From assembly GCA_031548645.1 (NCBI GenBank), contig JAVBQX010000014.1, positions 13,392 through 77,391 on the forward strand: a DNA stretch of 64,000 nucleotides. The letters are read 5' to 3'. A program made the translations under genes and the position numbers. The DNA is from Thermoguttaceae bacterium (GTDB lineage Bacteria > Planctomycetota > Planctomycetia > Pirellulales > Thermoguttaceae). Every line of letters begins with the position of its first letter. The stretch's first letter is position 1. This document shows, piece by piece, positions 34,955 to 44,777 of the stretch. The notes beneath the pieces are model-generated. The model was given only the letters and a program-made list of their open reading frames with translations, had not been told where the DNA came from and made no database searches.

Positions 34955-35947
34955 TTAATCGTCATTGTAGCAAAACATGACCGATTCGCCAGATGGGAGT
35001 GCGGCCCCGCTTTTGGCGTGCAAAGTCATCGTGTGTGCGTCGAGTCGCATCCGTTTTCGCACAAACCGTTCCCCCCACGCCTCTTTTGCCGTTTCCACAA
35101 CAAGATTGGTCAAACGGTTGAGCGAAAACCCGGGCGTGTGGCAGGTGAAAAGCAAAAAGCAGGGAAAATCCGCTTCCAGCAACGAAAAACAATCGAACAA
35201 CAGGTCGGGCAAGTGTTTCGACAAACGCCAGATTTCGCCTTTCGCGCCGTGCCCATAGCTTGGCGGATCAAGAATGACGCCGCGGTAAGCATTCCCGCGT
35301 TTCAGCTCACGACGTACGAATTTCTGCGCATCTTCGGCGATCCAACGAATTTGAGTTTGGGATGTTTGGGAAATTTTCGCGTTTTTTCTGGCCCAAGCGA
35401 GCACATTTTTCGCCGCGTCAACGTGGACCACCTCCGCACCGCCAAGGGCCGCGGCCAACGTACTGCCGCCGGTATAGGCGAACAGGTTGAGAACGCGAAA
35501 CGCAGCCTGCTGATCGGGCTCGCTTTGCGCCGAATTTGATTTCGTCTGTCGTAAGCAAAAAGCCTTGACGGCGTCCCAGTTTTCCGCCTGTTCCGGAAAC
35601 AGGCCCACGTGTCCGAAGGGGGTGCCGCGAAGTTCGAATACGGCCCGGTCATGTCGAATTTGCCACGCTTCGGAATTCACGACGTTCGAATCGTTAAGAG
35701 CGGGAAAAACCGAACGTCCGGCGTCCGTTTTGGGAATCCAATACCCACGATCGCCCAACGCGTTTGAGGGTTTGGTCGAAATTTCATCGACATGAAAGAC
35801 CGCGTCCGCCGTTTGCCAGAGAGATGACGATTTTTTTTTCAGATTGGCCGACGCAGGGCAGGGACGGTCAAGCACAAAACCGCCAAACCTTTCAAGTCTC
35901 CTGTTTTCACCAAAATCAAGAGCCTCGTATTGGTCGTGTGAAAACAT
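34955..35947 (-). CDS. class I SAM-dependent methyltransferase (RlmI/RlmK-like)
   Basis: Contains VLNLFAYTGGSTLAAALGGAEVVHVDAAKNVLAWARKNA and the ILDPPSYGHG motif. I placed the start at the ATG at 35947 (MFSHDQYEAL...), because the tracked start at 36097 would overlap the upstream gene. Confidence 0.8.
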   Translation of the reverse strand: MFSHDQYEALDFGENRRLERFGGFVLDRPCPASANLKKKSSSLWQTADAVFHVDEISTKPSNALGDRGYWIPKTDAGRSVFPALNDSNVVNSEAWQIRHDRAVFELRGTPFGHVGLFPEQAENWDAVKAFCLRQTKSNSAQSEPDQQAAFRVLNLFAYTGGSTLAAALGGAEVVHVDAAKNVLAWARKNAKISQTSQTQIRWIAEDAQKFVRRELKRGNAYRGVILDPPSYGHGAKGEIWRLSKHLPDLLFDCFSLLEADFPCFLLFTCHTPGFSLNRLTNLVVETAKEAWGERFVRKRMRLDAHTMTLHAKSGAALPSGESVMFCYNDD

Positions 35948-35985
35948 GAGGCATTTGGTGAAATAAAACGGTATGCGGTAAATGT

Positions 35986-37218
35986 TTATTGTGCTGAAAT
36001 ATACAACCCGCCTGTGCGATAGACGCCGCGCGACTGGTTTTGCGATTCGGGCCGGGCTTCGTAAACCACCGGCGGACGGGGCGCGACGACTTGCCATTTC
36101 ACGTCGGCGTTGCCGTTCTGGCCGGACGTGTCGTAAAACGACGAATATCGCGGCGTTGGCTTATTTTCGACCAGTTTATTGTCCGACAACATTTTGTCAA
36201 TCGCGGAAACCTGCGACATGACCGATTTTTCCGCGGCATAACCCTCGGCCGGGATTCCGCGAAGGGCCGAAAATTGTACGTCATTTTGGTTCACCGGCCT
36301 CAAGACCTGTCCCACCGGCGCGATATTGCCGGCAATGTGCTGCGAAGGAGCTTTGTCACGAATCACAACCGTGATTTCGGCAGATTTCGCGTTGAACGCG
36401 AGGCTTTGTGAAATTAACTCGGGCTGCTGTTTGGCCGGGTCGTGTAAGCTGTAAGGATCTGGACCTTCCAAACGGCTTTGCGGCTGGGAATCACCGGCGG
36501 TTTGCGTTTCCGGCGGCGGACAGATCCGAAGGCGGATTTTCGTCCCTTCCTGCGATTCGTCTTGCAGGTTTTTGCGTTGCGCGTCACTCAGCAACAGCGA
36601 AACGGTTCCCTTGTTTTCAGTCTTTTGCGAATCGCCGATTTCCTCCCAAACGGAATCGAGAACGGGGATTTTTTCCAACAGGACAAATTCCCCCGCTTCG
36701 TCGCCGGTGTCCGCGTCATTTTGTACGACAATAATGTCAACCTGGTCACCCGGCAAGACGGCCGAAATGCCGGTTTTCCCGTCCGTGACCGGTTCGTGAA
36801 CCTGGACAGGCACCGCGTGGAACCCGGGCGGAATAAATCCCTGGGCGTTGTTTTTCGCCGTCCGACCGACGAAAAATTCGTCCAAAAGCAAGGTGCCTTT
36901 CGGCAACTCGGTTTTCGCGCTGCGGCCTTCGATTTGCTGGTAGGTTTTCACGGCGCCGCGGGGAACCGCGTCCTTGGGCTGTTGGACGACGAGCACGTCC
37001 TCGGGTGAAATCTCCTTCCCTTCGCGAAGCGGGCTTTTCAGCACGAAAACATCGCGGGTTTTTGCCGGGTCGGGTTTGTCTTCGGCTACCTTTTGCTTGC
37101 CGGTTTCCAGCAGCTGGGCGATTCCCGTCGCAATGATCATTCCCAGTCCGAAAGCCGCGACGAGCAGGACGATCGCCTTGGAATATCTCATGAAAACATG
37201 ATTTTTCAACGAATTCAT
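35986..37218 (-). CDS. CpaB/RcpC-like SAF-domain protein with a long C-terminal extension
   Basis: It has an N-terminal anchor (AIVLLVAAFGLGMIIATGIA). The SAF-like segment is VFVLKSPLREGKEISPEDVLVVQQPKDAVPRGAV...IEGRSAKTELPKGTLLLDEFF. No other Flp/Tad genes are present in the window. Confidence 0.6.
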   Translation of the reverse strand: MNSLKNHVFMRYSKAIVLLVAAFGLGMIIATGIAQLLETGKQKVAEDKPDPAKTRDVFVLKSPLREGKEISPEDVLVVQQPKDAVPRGAVKTYQQIEGRSAKTELPKGTLLLDEFFVGRTAKNNAQGFIPPGFHAVPVQVHEPVTDGKTGISAVLPGDQVDIIVVQNDADTGDEAGEFVLLEKIPVLDSVWEEIGDSQKTENKGTVSLLLSDAQRKNLQDESQEGTKIRLRICPPPETQTAGDSQPQSRLEGPDPYSLHDPAKQQPELISQSLAFNAKSAEITVVIRDKAPSQHIAGNIAPVGQVLRPVNQNDVQFSALRGIPAEGYAAEKSVMSQVSAIDKMLSDNKLVENKPTPRYSSFYDTSGQNGNADVKWQVVAPRPPVVYEARPESQNQSRGVYRTGGLYISAQ

Positions 37219-37604
37219 TCATCAACCCCTTATTCACGCACCCATCAAGGCACAAAGCGGGCGCGGACATAGCGCTCCCTAATAACCTTATTCGGCAATC
37301 GGGAGCTAAAGATTCTGCCGAAGTCGTTCTTAATGCCTTTCCGATTCGAGCGGTTCACGATTATGCCGAATGCGAAAAATAACCCGTTTTGGCAATTCAG
37401 GCAATGATCGGCAAGAGGCATGTATAAATAGATTCACCTGTAAAACCCATTTCATGGAAATTTTCGGAACAAACCAAACAACCACATTTTTTTCCGCTTG
37501 GGTCGCATGCCGCGAATCAGTGATCGATAATCCTGATTGTAATGCTTTGTTTTGTGATAGCAGTAAAAAGCGTTGCTCCGTATCTACGGGAAGTATGTAC
37601 AGTG

Positions 37605-37752
37605 ATATTGTACTGGCGATAAAAAGTTTGCCGCGATTCCGCCGCTGCTTGCCACGCCAATGAGGGAAGTCACGCAAATAGCGATGTTTTCCGCCATTGG
37701 CGAAGCAAGCGATTCATCGGATGTGTTTAAATTATATTGCCAGCACAATAAT
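37605..37752 (+). mobile_element. MITE-like element of about 148 bp (family 148-TIR), copy 2
   Basis: It is bounded by atattgtactggcg and tgccagcacaataat. It aligns throughout with 10986-11134 and lies about 65 nt upstream of the TolC-like gene start. Confidence 0.7.
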
Positions 37753-37817
37753 TTTCAGGTTGATCGCCGAAAACGGAAGTGACGGCGTCAGCGCAACGTC
37801 TTGTCAAGGAAGGCGAG

Positions 37818-40052
37818 ATGAATATGATGAGTCGGTGTACCGGATGGTTCGTATCAATCGCGACCGTGCTGATATTCGGCATCGGTTCGGCATGGGCGCA
37901 AACGCAGCAACCTGTTCCAGAAGGCCCTGTCGTCGGCGGTTCCGCTTCAGCACAATCGGTGATGCCTTGGCCCGGCGCCCAATATGCGGGGAACTCGGAG
38001 CCGTCATGGCAACGGGCGATTTCCGGCCCTGTCTCCGGCAATGTTTCCAGCGGCGCTCCGGCGGGTGCGGAGCCGGTACAATATCCCGCCGACGTGCAAC
38101 TGGTTTACATCAATCACGCGCCGAATGATTATTCCGCGTCGACACCTGCCCCGCCGACGGCGGCCCGGGTTTTCGCCGTTGCGCCGGCGGATGCCGCGCG
38201 AAATCCGGATCGTTCCCAATCGTCGCCGCAATACTCCGCGCAACAGAACTTCCGGTCCCAAGGGCCGGGACAAGTCGCCCCGTCGCCGGGCTATCTTGCC
38301 ATGCCGCAAACGCAGGCACCGCAGACTTCGGCCAACACGGCTCCCAATTATGCGCCGCAAACGACATATCCACTTTCGGCATCGTCCATGCCGCCAACGC
38401 CTCAAATGATGGTTTCGCAGCCCGTTGCCCCAACGACCGCCACCACAACCGCCCCGCAAGCGCCAAGGCCGTTCCAGGACTCCGGCCCGACATACGTCGC
38501 CGGAATTCCTTATGCGCCTGTCGATAACCGTCTTGCCGGAACGGCGCCGAGTCATGGTACATTCCCGCAAACGGCCGCACCTTCCGCGCAAAGGCAAGCG
38601 GTCAATCCCCTGTCGAATCCCCGGCCAAACCCCGTCGCGCCGCAAGTCGCCCCGACGCCGAATTACGGAAATTCCGGCGGCATTGCCTATCCTTATTCCC
38701 AACTTGCCCCGCAAGCGCCGCACATGCAACCGGTCGTCGCTGTTTCGGCCAACATGCCGTCGACCACCGAACCGCAATTCCCGCAGGGCATATCGACCGC
38801 AATTCCGTATCGCAACGGCCCTTTGCCGAACACCGACGAGTCGCAAGCGAATCAGGCCGTGATTCCCGAATTCGCCACACCGACACAAGGCTATTCCATC
38901 GCGGAACTGCAACAGATGGCCCTGCAAAGCAATCCCGCGCTCATGAAAAAGCAGCGGGAAATCCAAGCTAAGTACGGGACGTGGCTCCAGGTCGGGCTTT
39001 ATGCCAATCCGACCGTCGGGTTCCTCGGCGAAGACTACGCCGACAACGGGACGCAGGGAAGGCAGGGGCTCGTCCTCGAACAGGAAATCATCCGCGGCAA
39101 CAAGCTCGGCGTCGCCCGTAACGTCGAACGCTGGTCGATAGAAATCGCCCGCAAGGAATGGGAGATCGCCCAGGTCAAGGTGGTCAACGACGTCAAGGCT
39201 TATGCTTACGATTACATGTTGGCCGTACACCTCGTCGAAGCCCATCGGTCGCTCGTCGAAATAGCGGAAAAGAATCTCGGCTTCACCGAGGAATTGGTCA
39301 AGCGGTATGAACTCGGGAAAACCGAACTGCTGCAAAACAGGATTCTGAAAAACAGGACGTCCGTCGAGCTGGCCAAGGCGGAGCAAAACGAACAGGAGAA
39401 ATGGGCGCAACTGGTCGCCATGGTCGGGCGGCCCGATCTCCCGAAACAGGGAATCACCGACCCGGTGCGCCATGCCTGTTTCGATCTGGTCGCGGAAGAA
39501 CTCTGGCAGCGTCTCGCGGTCGGCAGCCCCGAGGTGCAGTTGGAACAGCTCCGCCGCCAGAAGGCGAACTGCGTCATCCGCCAGGAGGAAGCCCAGGCCG
39601 TGTCCAACATCACCGTCGGCGGAACCTTCGGCTATCACGTTTCGGACAAGGCCATGAGCGGCGATATCGGCTTTACGATGCCGCTCCGCGTTTACGACCG
39701 CAACCAGGGGAACATCCGGCGGGCCCAGGCCGACGCCATGGCGCAGACCTGCGAAATCGAACGGGTTCAACTGGATTTACGGACGCGATTCGCCGCCGAA
39801 TGGAACAGCTATCTCAACGCCCGCACGGTCATGAACCAATACGAATCGATCATCCTGCCCGACGCGGAGGAAAGCATCGTGCTGGTTCGCGGCGGCGTGC
39901 AGCAGGGGGAACTCTCGTCGCTGGAACTGCTGATCGCGCAACAGACGTATTTCCAGACGCGGATCGAATACATCAACGCCGTGCGCGACGTGGTGGTCGG
40001 CGGCACCTATCTCAACGGCATGTTGCTCAAAGGCGGTTTGGGGGCGCCGTAA
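37818..40052 (+). CDS. TolC-family outer membrane efflux protein with a P/Q/A-rich N-terminal region of about 330 aa
   Basis: I placed the start at the ATG at 37818, which follows AAGGAAGG and gives MNMMSRCTGWFVSIATVLIFGIGSAWAQ (a signal peptide). The C-terminal roughly 400 aa has the OEP repeat pattern (ELQQMALQSNPAL..., LVKRYELGKTELLQ, AEESIVLVRGGVQQGELSSLELLIAQQTYFQTRIEYINA). Confidence 0.8.
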   Translation: MNMMSRCTGWFVSIATVLIFGIGSAWAQTQQPVPEGPVVGGSASAQSVMPWPGAQYAGNSEPSWQRAISGPVSGNVSSGAPAGAEPVQYPADVQLVYINHAPNDYSASTPAPPTAARVFAVAPADAARNPDRSQSSPQYSAQQNFRSQGPGQVAPSPGYLAMPQTQAPQTSANTAPNYAPQTTYPLSASSMPPTPQMMVSQPVAPTTATTTAPQAPRPFQDSGPTYVAGIPYAPVDNRLAGTAPSHGTFPQTAAPSAQRQAVNPLSNPRPNPVAPQVAPTPNYGNSGGIAYPYSQLAPQAPHMQPVVAVSANMPSTTEPQFPQGISTAIPYRNGPLPNTDESQANQAVIPEFATPTQGYSIAELQQMALQSNPALMKKQREIQAKYGTWLQVGLYANPTVGFLGEDYADNGTQGRQGLVLEQEIIRGNKLGVARNVERWSIEIARKEWEIAQVKVVNDVKAYAYDYMLAVHLVEAHRSLVEIAEKNLGFTEELVKRYELGKTELLQNRILKNRTSVELAKAEQNEQEKWAQLVAMVGRPDLPKQGITDPVRHACFDLVAEELWQRLAVGSPEVQLEQLRRQKANCVIRQEEAQAVSNITVGGTFGYHVSDKAMSGDIGFTMPLRVYDRNQGNIRRAQADAMAQTCEIERVQLDLRTRFAAEWNSYLNARTVMNQYESIILPDAEESIVLVRGGVQQGELSSLELLIAQQTYFQTRIEYINAVRDVVVGGTYLNGMLLKGGLGAP

Positions 40053-40100
40053 ACGCGTGCCACGTGGTGACGTTTCATGAGATACTTCCCGACAAACGCA

Positions 40101-42206
40101 TCACTTCACCGTCGGGAACGCCGAAATGCGAAGCCGGGCGGCGCCCATCGGGATGAGTTCGATCTCCTCGACCGGCTCGTCCGTCGCGACGGGGCTTTGC
40201 GGCACCGGGGCGCACAGCCCGAACCGGTCCGTCCGCCAGCCGGGAATTTTCCGCCCCGTCATTTTCAGCGTCAGCGGCACCGCGTCCGTCGTCCACGGAT
40301 AATCGTCCGCCGGCCATTCTTTGCGTTCGAGTTCAAAGCCCTGCATCCTCAAAACTTCTTTTTTGAACACTTCAGGATTTGTCGGCATGAGTGGCATTCG
40401 CAATCTGATGGTTTCGGCACCAACTTGACGTATCATCAACCCATAATTCCACGGCGAGTCGGGGTAAATCTCGAACGAGGGCCAGGCCGATTCGTCGGCG
40501 CCGGCCTGCCAGCCGGAATCGCTCATCGCGGTATCGCGGCTGCTCATCTTCTCGTAACGCTCACGGATTTTCAGCGAAAAGGTCAGCGGCCCGTAGTCGA
40601 CGCTCACGCAGTTTTTGTTCTGCTGCCACGTTCGGGTCGTGATTTCCATCGGCATGACGAGGTCCACCGTGTCGCCGTTTTTCCATTCGCGGTCGATCCG
40701 CACGTACTTTTGCGGCGTCACCTCGCAATTCACCGGCTTGTCATTAATCAATATCTGCATGACGTTGCACCATTTGGGGACGCGGAAATACATCGGAAAT
40801 TTCAGCGTTTTCGGAGTCGTGACGGTGAAACGCACGTTTTCCTCGAAGGGGTAACGTGTTTCCTCACAGACGGTCACCTCGGTCCCGTCGGCGACTTTCG
40901 CCGTGACCGTGCAGGCGTTGTACATCACGGCGGCCAGGCCCTTGTCCGGCGTGGCCATCCAGAGATTTTCGACGTAATAGGGCCAGCCGTGCGCGTGGTT
41001 GTGCTGGCAGCAGCGGCAACTGAAGGGGTTCATCATCATGAACGGCCCGCGGTTGTCGATGCCGGGATGGTGGTTTTTGCTGTCGGAAACGACCTGGTTC
41101 GGACTCGTCACGTAACGCAAAGCGCGAAAGTCGGGCATGAAGGTCGCCGGGTAACTGTTGAACGCGACGTCCTCGCAATTATCGGCCCACGACGGGTCGC
41201 CGGTGATCCGCACGAGCATCGCGTCGCTGGACATCTGTTCGACCATGCCGCAGGTTTCCACGCCCTGACGCGGGTCGACGTAGCCGGGTCGCGAATTTTC
41301 GTCGCCGCCGAACATGCCGCCGGGCACCTGCCCGTAACAGGCCCGAATGAGCCAGAAATCGTTGTAGGTCGCGCGACAATGTTCCGGATCGCCCGAAAAC
41401 ATCCAATACGTGGCCGGTTCGCGGAAGCACTGCGCGATGTTGACGTTGTGCCAGTTCGGCAGCGTCGATTCCTGCATCCAGTTGGCCGTGTTGCGGTGAA
41501 TTTTTTCCGCGACTTCCAGCAGGAAGGCGTCGCCCGTGTGGTTGTAAAGCCAGAGGCAACTGTAAAGCAGGTCGCCGCCGCGCGAGTTTTCCCAATAGGT
41601 TTTGAGGAACTTTTCTTCCGGATAGGTTTGCAGCCACTTGAAATAGCGGGTCATGAAATCGAGCACTTTGGGGTTGTCGGTGTGCTCGTAATACGACTGC
41701 ATGAGGAACAGCACAATCATGTTCGGCCAAAGGTCCATGCCTTTTTCCGCGTCGGGGTTGCCGGGGCCGAAGAAGCCGTCCTCGCGCTGGCTCGCGAAAA
41801 TCGCGTCGAGCCAGATTTGCATCTCGGCGATCATCGCGGGATCGTCGAGCAGGTAGGCGAGATTGCCGTAACCTTTCAGCCAGTAGGGGACCTCCTCCCA
41901 GCCGTGACTTCCGCCCTCGCGGAGCCAGGCGTTGTCGTTTTTATCGAGCCATTTGCTGATTTCGCCGAGATGGCCGGTCAGACCGTCGCGCTGCAATTCG
42001 AGATAACGCCCGATCCAGCCTTCGGCCCGAATCGCACCGACGGGCAGCTTCAAAAACGGCGAAGGTTGCAGCGGGGCACGGTTGCCGACGTAATGCGTCG
42101 TACCGTCGCCGGGATTCGGGCGGTCGACGCAGGTGATTTCATCGGCCCGCGCATACGACGCGAACAGGCCGGCCAGAAAAACAAGACTTGCCAGGGGGAA
42201 TCTCAT
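40101..42206 (-). CDS. glycoside hydrolase family 127-like (beta-L-arabinofuranosidase, DUF1680)
   Basis: Signal peptide MRFPLASLVFLAGLFASYARA and the Cys-rich Zn site context NPFSCRCCQHNHAHGWPYY typical of GH127. The longer antisense ORF (40077..42488) is R/G/H/V-rich and is rejected. Confidence 0.8.
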   Translation of the reverse strand: MRFPLASLVFLAGLFASYARADEITCVDRPNPGDGTTHYVGNRAPLQPSPFLKLPVGAIRAEGWIGRYLELQRDGLTGHLGEISKWLDKNDNAWLREGGSHGWEEVPYWLKGYGNLAYLLDDPAMIAEMQIWLDAIFASQREDGFFGPGNPDAEKGMDLWPNMIVLFLMQSYYEHTDNPKVLDFMTRYFKWLQTYPEEKFLKTYWENSRGGDLLYSCLWLYNHTGDAFLLEVAEKIHRNTANWMQESTLPNWHNVNIAQCFREPATYWMFSGDPEHCRATYNDFWLIRACYGQVPGGMFGGDENSRPGYVDPRQGVETCGMVEQMSSDAMLVRITGDPSWADNCEDVAFNSYPATFMPDFRALRYVTSPNQVVSDSKNHHPGIDNRGPFMMMNPFSCRCCQHNHAHGWPYYVENLWMATPDKGLAAVMYNACTVTAKVADGTEVTVCEETRYPFEENVRFTVTTPKTLKFPMYFRVPKWCNVMQILINDKPVNCEVTPQKYVRIDREWKNGDTVDLVMPMEITTRTWQQNKNCVSVDYGPLTFSLKIRERYEKMSSRDTAMSDSGWQAGADESAWPSFEIYPDSPWNYGLMIRQVGAETIRLRMPLMPTNPEVFKKEVLRMQGFELERKEWPADDYPWTTDAVPLTLKMTGRKIPGWRTDRFGLCAPVPQSPVATDEPVEEIELIPMGAARLRISAFPTVK

Positions 42207-42246
42207 GACGGCGATTTCTCCTATGATGATTGCGTTGATGATTGGC

Positions 42247-42271
42247 GGCGGTCACGGCGTGACCGCCCTAC
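42247..42271 (-). repeat. GTAG-headed REP-like hairpin
   Basis: Plus strand reads ggcggtcacggcgtgaccgccctac, the reverse orientation of the unit at 22545. It lies between the GHL10-like and GH127 genes. Confidence 0.85.
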
Positions 42272-42311
42272 CTGTCCCTCGCTGATGCTTGGGGCTGGCT
42301 ATTGCCGGGTG

Positions 42312-44702
42312 TCATTTTCGGGTCGGACCGAGTTTCAGCGTCGGCGGGATGCGCTGGATCGTGCGGCCGTCGAGGTTGAAAATCACGAAGCCGGGCGACC
42401 CGACGCGTCGCGTGATTTCAATTTCCGCGGCGACGCGGTCGGGCGTCATGGCGATGTTCGTCGCCGTGGCGCCGATGCCGGGGTATAGCGGAATGCGACC
42501 GCCGACGATTTGATTGTGCCGCGTGACCAGCCGTTCGAAGCCGGAAAGGTTGTCCGTGTAATCCATCGGGCAGATGAAATCCAGGTATCCCCGCTCGACC
42601 CAGACGGGCCAGTCCTGCCCGACGTCGGCGCGGCTGTTCGGGTAGTTGGAAAACACCGCCGCGGAAATTTTGATGTCCGGCCGGATCGCCTTCGCTTCGC
42701 GGTGCACCCGTTCGACCAGCGTGGTGATCGTATCGCAGCGCCACTGCGTGTAGGCGTCCGCGCAAGGACCGCCGGATCGCACGTCGGCGGGCCACTGGCG
42801 GATTTCGCAACCGGTCGCTTCGGTAAAACGCTTGCGGCAACCGTCGCAGAAACAGCTTTCCATGCCGGGATAGCGGATGTAATCGAAATGAATGCCCGCC
42901 AGTTTCGGGTACTTGCGCACCAGTTCGCAAAAGGTTTCACATTCGAGATCGACGTTCGCCGGGTGCGAGGGGCAAAGCCAATCGAGCGGCGAACCGTCGG
43001 CCCCGACCTGGGTGCGGCCTTCCTTGCGGAGTCGTTCGATCCACTCGCGCGGCGAACCGTTCAGCCAGTAGCACACCTGCCAGGCGTGCACTTCGACGCC
43101 GTATTTCTCCCCGGCGGCAACGGCCTGTTCGACCTGGTCGCCGTATTGCTCGAACTTCGCGCTGCGCGGGAGCACGTCGCTGGCGTAGTCGGCCGAGCCG
43201 CCCCAGAGCATGTTCGAGATGACCGCGTTGAATCCGCAGTCGGACAATTCGCGCATCGTCCGGTCCCAGTCGCCGGGATAGGCCCCAAGTCCGGCGTGTT
43301 CCCACCAGGCCCGGAATTCCGGCGTTTTCGGTTCAAGCGATGCACAATATTCCCGCACGGCTTGCGCATGCAGGGCGTCGATCGTCTCAATCAATTCCAA
43401 ATAACGCGGCACGGAAAGCCCGGTTTCGTCGGCGTTTTTCTCAAAGAAATCGCCGGGTAATTCAAAACCGCGTTGCCGCAATTCGGCGAAATAACGCTTG
43501 GCCAGCGCATTGCGTTGCGTTGCGTTTTGCGCTCGCGTGTCGCCGGTCGACAGCAGCGTCTTCCAACTCTCGACCGCTTTCCGTTCCAGCGGCGAGATGT
43601 CAAAACAGGCCAGCAACGAAATGAGAAAACGGTTTTGATTTTCCGGGTCGTCGTTGGTCACGACGTGCGAAAAGAACGCGCCGCGGTCGCTGAGCAAAAG
43701 AGCCGGATATTCCGTCCGACGTCCCGCCGCGTCATACCATTGGGCAGCGACGTGTGCGTGATAGGGCGCGTCCGGAAGCGGACGGCTCGTGTTGATGTTC
43801 CAGGAATTCTGCTTGAACGCGTCGAGTTTGGCAAACGGATCGTCAGACGCGTTCGTTTTTTCAAAACGGACTTCGGCGAAGGCGGCGTCCCCTTCGGGCG
43901 ATTTCAGGTACCGGACCGGTTCGAACCCGAGCGTCCGCATGAGCGTTTCCGGCAACTGGTAAAAGGCGATCAGTTTGCCGCCGCGTTCGACGAATTGTAC
44001 GAGCAGTTGCGTCTCCCGTTCGTCGAGCCGGCTGTTGAGCGGCAGCAAAACGACGCGATAATCGGCCAGGCGGCTTTCGGTCAGATCGGACGATGAAATC
44101 GCCCCGACGGGAATTCCGGCCCGGTTCACTCGCGCGACCAGTTGCAGTGCCGATAGGCGGTCTTCGGACGAATCGGGCATGACGGCGACAAACGGCGATG
44201 CGGCCGCATCGACTTTGACGAGACGGAGCGATCCGTCTTTGAGATCGCCGCGCCAGGCGGCAAAACGCGCAATATCGACCTTGTCCCACGGCCCCGGTTT
44301 GCCTTCGAAGGAGACGGCGGTGCGCGGGATTTCGAGGCGATAACGGCTTTGCGTTCCCGGCATTTTTTCCGGCAACGGCGTCACGAAGGAATACCAGCCG
44401 GCACCGCTGCGAAAGTAAAGCGTGATGTGATTGACCGCTTCCGGCGTATCGCAATCGAATTCGACGACGAACATGCCCGCCGCGGCAACGGCCGTCGGGT
44501 CATCGACGGGAAAATCGACCATACCGCGCGCCGCGTCCGACTGCGTGCCGAACGGCAGGTCGATGACGCAGGGTTCCTTGAGCAGCGGCTTGTCAGGCAA
44601 AGGCTTGTCGGCGTCATCGCCCGCCATCGCCGCGGTAATCGTCGCGGCGATACAGGCAAACAAAACGGCAAAACGCAAAACTGAATATTTTCGGCATATC
44701 AT
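42312..44702 (-). CDS. secreted glycoside-hydrolase-like protein (GHL10/DUF187 family C-terminal domain)
   Basis: Signal peptide (VLRFAVLFACIAATITAAMA). The C-terminal TIM-barrel-like region has VHAWQVCYW, GIHFDYIRYPG...CFCDGCRKRF and DFICPMDY, the pattern I associate with the YngK/DUF187 family. Confidence 0.7.
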   Translation of the reverse strand: MICRKYSVLRFAVLFACIAATITAAMAGDDADKPLPDKPLLKEPCVIDLPFGTQSDAARGMVDFPVDDPTAVAAAGMFVVEFDCDTPEAVNHITLYFRSGAGWYSFVTPLPEKMPGTQSRYRLEIPRTAVSFEGKPGPWDKVDIARFAAWRGDLKDGSLRLVKVDAAASPFVAVMPDSSEDRLSALQLVARVNRAGIPVGAISSSDLTESRLADYRVVLLPLNSRLDERETQLLVQFVERGGKLIAFYQLPETLMRTLGFEPVRYLKSPEGDAAFAEVRFEKTNASDDPFAKLDAFKQNSWNINTSRPLPDAPYHAHVAAQWYDAAGRRTEYPALLLSDRGAFFSHVVTNDDPENQNRFLISLLACFDISPLERKAVESWKTLLSTGDTRAQNATQRNALAKRYFAELRQRGFELPGDFFEKNADETGLSVPRYLELIETIDALHAQAVREYCASLEPKTPEFRAWWEHAGLGAYPGDWDRTMRELSDCGFNAVISNMLWGGSADYASDVLPRSAKFEQYGDQVEQAVAAGEKYGVEVHAWQVCYWLNGSPREWIERLRKEGRTQVGADGSPLDWLCPSHPANVDLECETFCELVRKYPKLAGIHFDYIRYPGMESCFCDGCRKRFTEATGCEIRQWPADVRSGGPCADAYTQWRCDTITTLVERVHREAKAIRPDIKISAAVFSNYPNSRADVGQDWPVWVERGYLDFICPMDYTDNLSGFERLVTRHNQIVGGRIPLYPGIGATATNIAMTPDRVAAEIEITRRVGSPGFVIFNLDGRTIQRIPPTLKLGPTRK

Positions 44703-44777
44703 GAGGTGATCCTTTGGTTTGAGTTTTCTGAAAAATCAGGGGAATCACTTTCATTTTACCCTTTTTTGCCATTTGCT

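Noticed and set aside
35986-37218. The CpaB-like gene as evidence for a Tad/Flp pilus locus.
   Set aside because: No CpaC secretin, CpaE/F ATPase, TadB/C or Flp pilin genes are nearby. Its neighbours on the same strand are a methyltransferase and accD, so I report only a lone SAF-domain protein.
37330-37677. Two overlapping ORFs of about 100 aa (both strands) in the 600-bp gap between the CpaB-like and TolC-like genes.
   Set aside because: Neither has a start context or a recognisable motif, and one runs into the MITE-like element. I treat the region as regulatory and repeat DNA.
40077-42488. An 803-aa plus-strand ORF, longer than the GH127 gene it overlaps.
   Set aside because: Its composition is dominated by R/G/H/V/A/F with no recognisable motif, which is typical of antisense frames in GC-rich genes. 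The minus-strand product has a signal peptide and the GH127 Cys motif.
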